This document shows, piece by piece, positions 63,305 through 64,000 of a stretch of 64,000 nucleotides of DNA. The first letter of the stretch is position 1. Every line of letters starts with the position of its first letter. The DNA is taken from positions 62,806,001 through 62,870,000 of the forward strand of contig OZ024740.1 of NCBI GenBank assembly GCA_964016885.1, in the 5' to 3' direction. The stretch comes from Eledone cirrhosa. Taxonomy: Eukaryota. The notes below the pieces were generated by a model. It searched no databases. It saw only the letters and a program-made list of their open reading frames with translations, and was not told the origin of the DNA. Both the position numbers and the translations under genes were made by a program.

Positions 63305-64000
63305 CGGCTGAATATAATGCAGCCCAACAAAAGGACTGCCAACAACTTCCAGGCCTGGAACAATGACGTGCCGGCGTTGTATGGGCTTCGAAAAGACCAT
63401 AAAACGGGCAGTGACCCTGTCGCGGGACCACCAACACGGCCAGTCTGTGGAGCTAACATTGCTAGTAACTACAGACTGTCCTACTTCCTCTCCCTGATCA
63501 TACGCCCCATTATCGAAATGTCCCCAGATGTATGTGACAGCACGGAGGACCTCCTCAGCAGAATCGGCGTGAGTAACCGATCTAGGGACCTAACAAACTG
63601 CATAATAGGTAGTATGGATGTTGTGTCCCTGTATCCATCTATTGACGTGGATTTTGCTGTGGAGAAATGCGTAGAAATGATCAGTGAGTGCAATGTTGAG
63701 TTCCGTGGGATTGATACCAGTGAGCTGGGACTCCTACTTAAACTTACCTATAGTAATAATTACCTAGACACATATGACCTTAGCAACCTGTGCCCTACAA
63801 GACCAGCAAGAGGCAGACCACCTACCATTACCTCAATGGCCAAGAAAACCCACACAGATAGATGGAACGGGTGGACCAGAGCCATACGGACACCCGAAAA
63901 CCACGATGAACTGAAGAAAATGATTGCACATGCGGTAGGGGCCAGCATAAAACTAACCCTTAAGGAACATATGTTCAAATTTAATGGAAAAACATATGCT
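63305..64000 (+). CDS. PLE reverse transcriptase N-terminal half, open to the window end (absent from the ORF track)
   Basis: Manual translation: VPALYGLRKDHK..GPPTRPVCGA..DSTEDLL..IIGSMDVVSLYPSID...KEHMFKFNGKTYA, no stop seen. Confidence 0.85.

Overview
Eukaryotic, repeat-saturated DNA with no recognisable host gene. It is probably from an octopod cephalopod, an inference from the tRNA-derived SINE and the (TA)n/(CA)n load. There are two zones. (i) 1-33.4 kb and 58.5-64 kb: Penelope-like elements (PLEs; RT + GIY-YIG) of at least four families, almost all 5'-truncated, carrying an inverted 5' segment and embedded in (TA)n. They are mixed with RTE/CR1 fragments, SINEs and foldback elements. 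(ii) 33.4-58.5 kb: a pile-up of R4/Dong-like RLE non-LTR elements (one intact 1130-aa ORF), Tx1/L1-like elements and SINEs, joined mostly through (TAA)n/(ATT)n. The hidden layer is RNA: about 20 type I hammerhead ribozyme (HHR) motifs, some degenerate, can be read by eye. The most notable is a 316-bp tandem array at 2.4-4.5 kb (5.6 copies plus one inverted copy) in which every unit carries an HHR with the compensated U3:A8 core (UUGAUAA). It looks like a non-LTR retrozyme, i.e. a circular-RNA-forming non-autonomous retroelement mobilised by PLE machinery; a diverged relative lies at 10.1-10.5 kb. All structures were folded by eye; no activity or database match has been tested.
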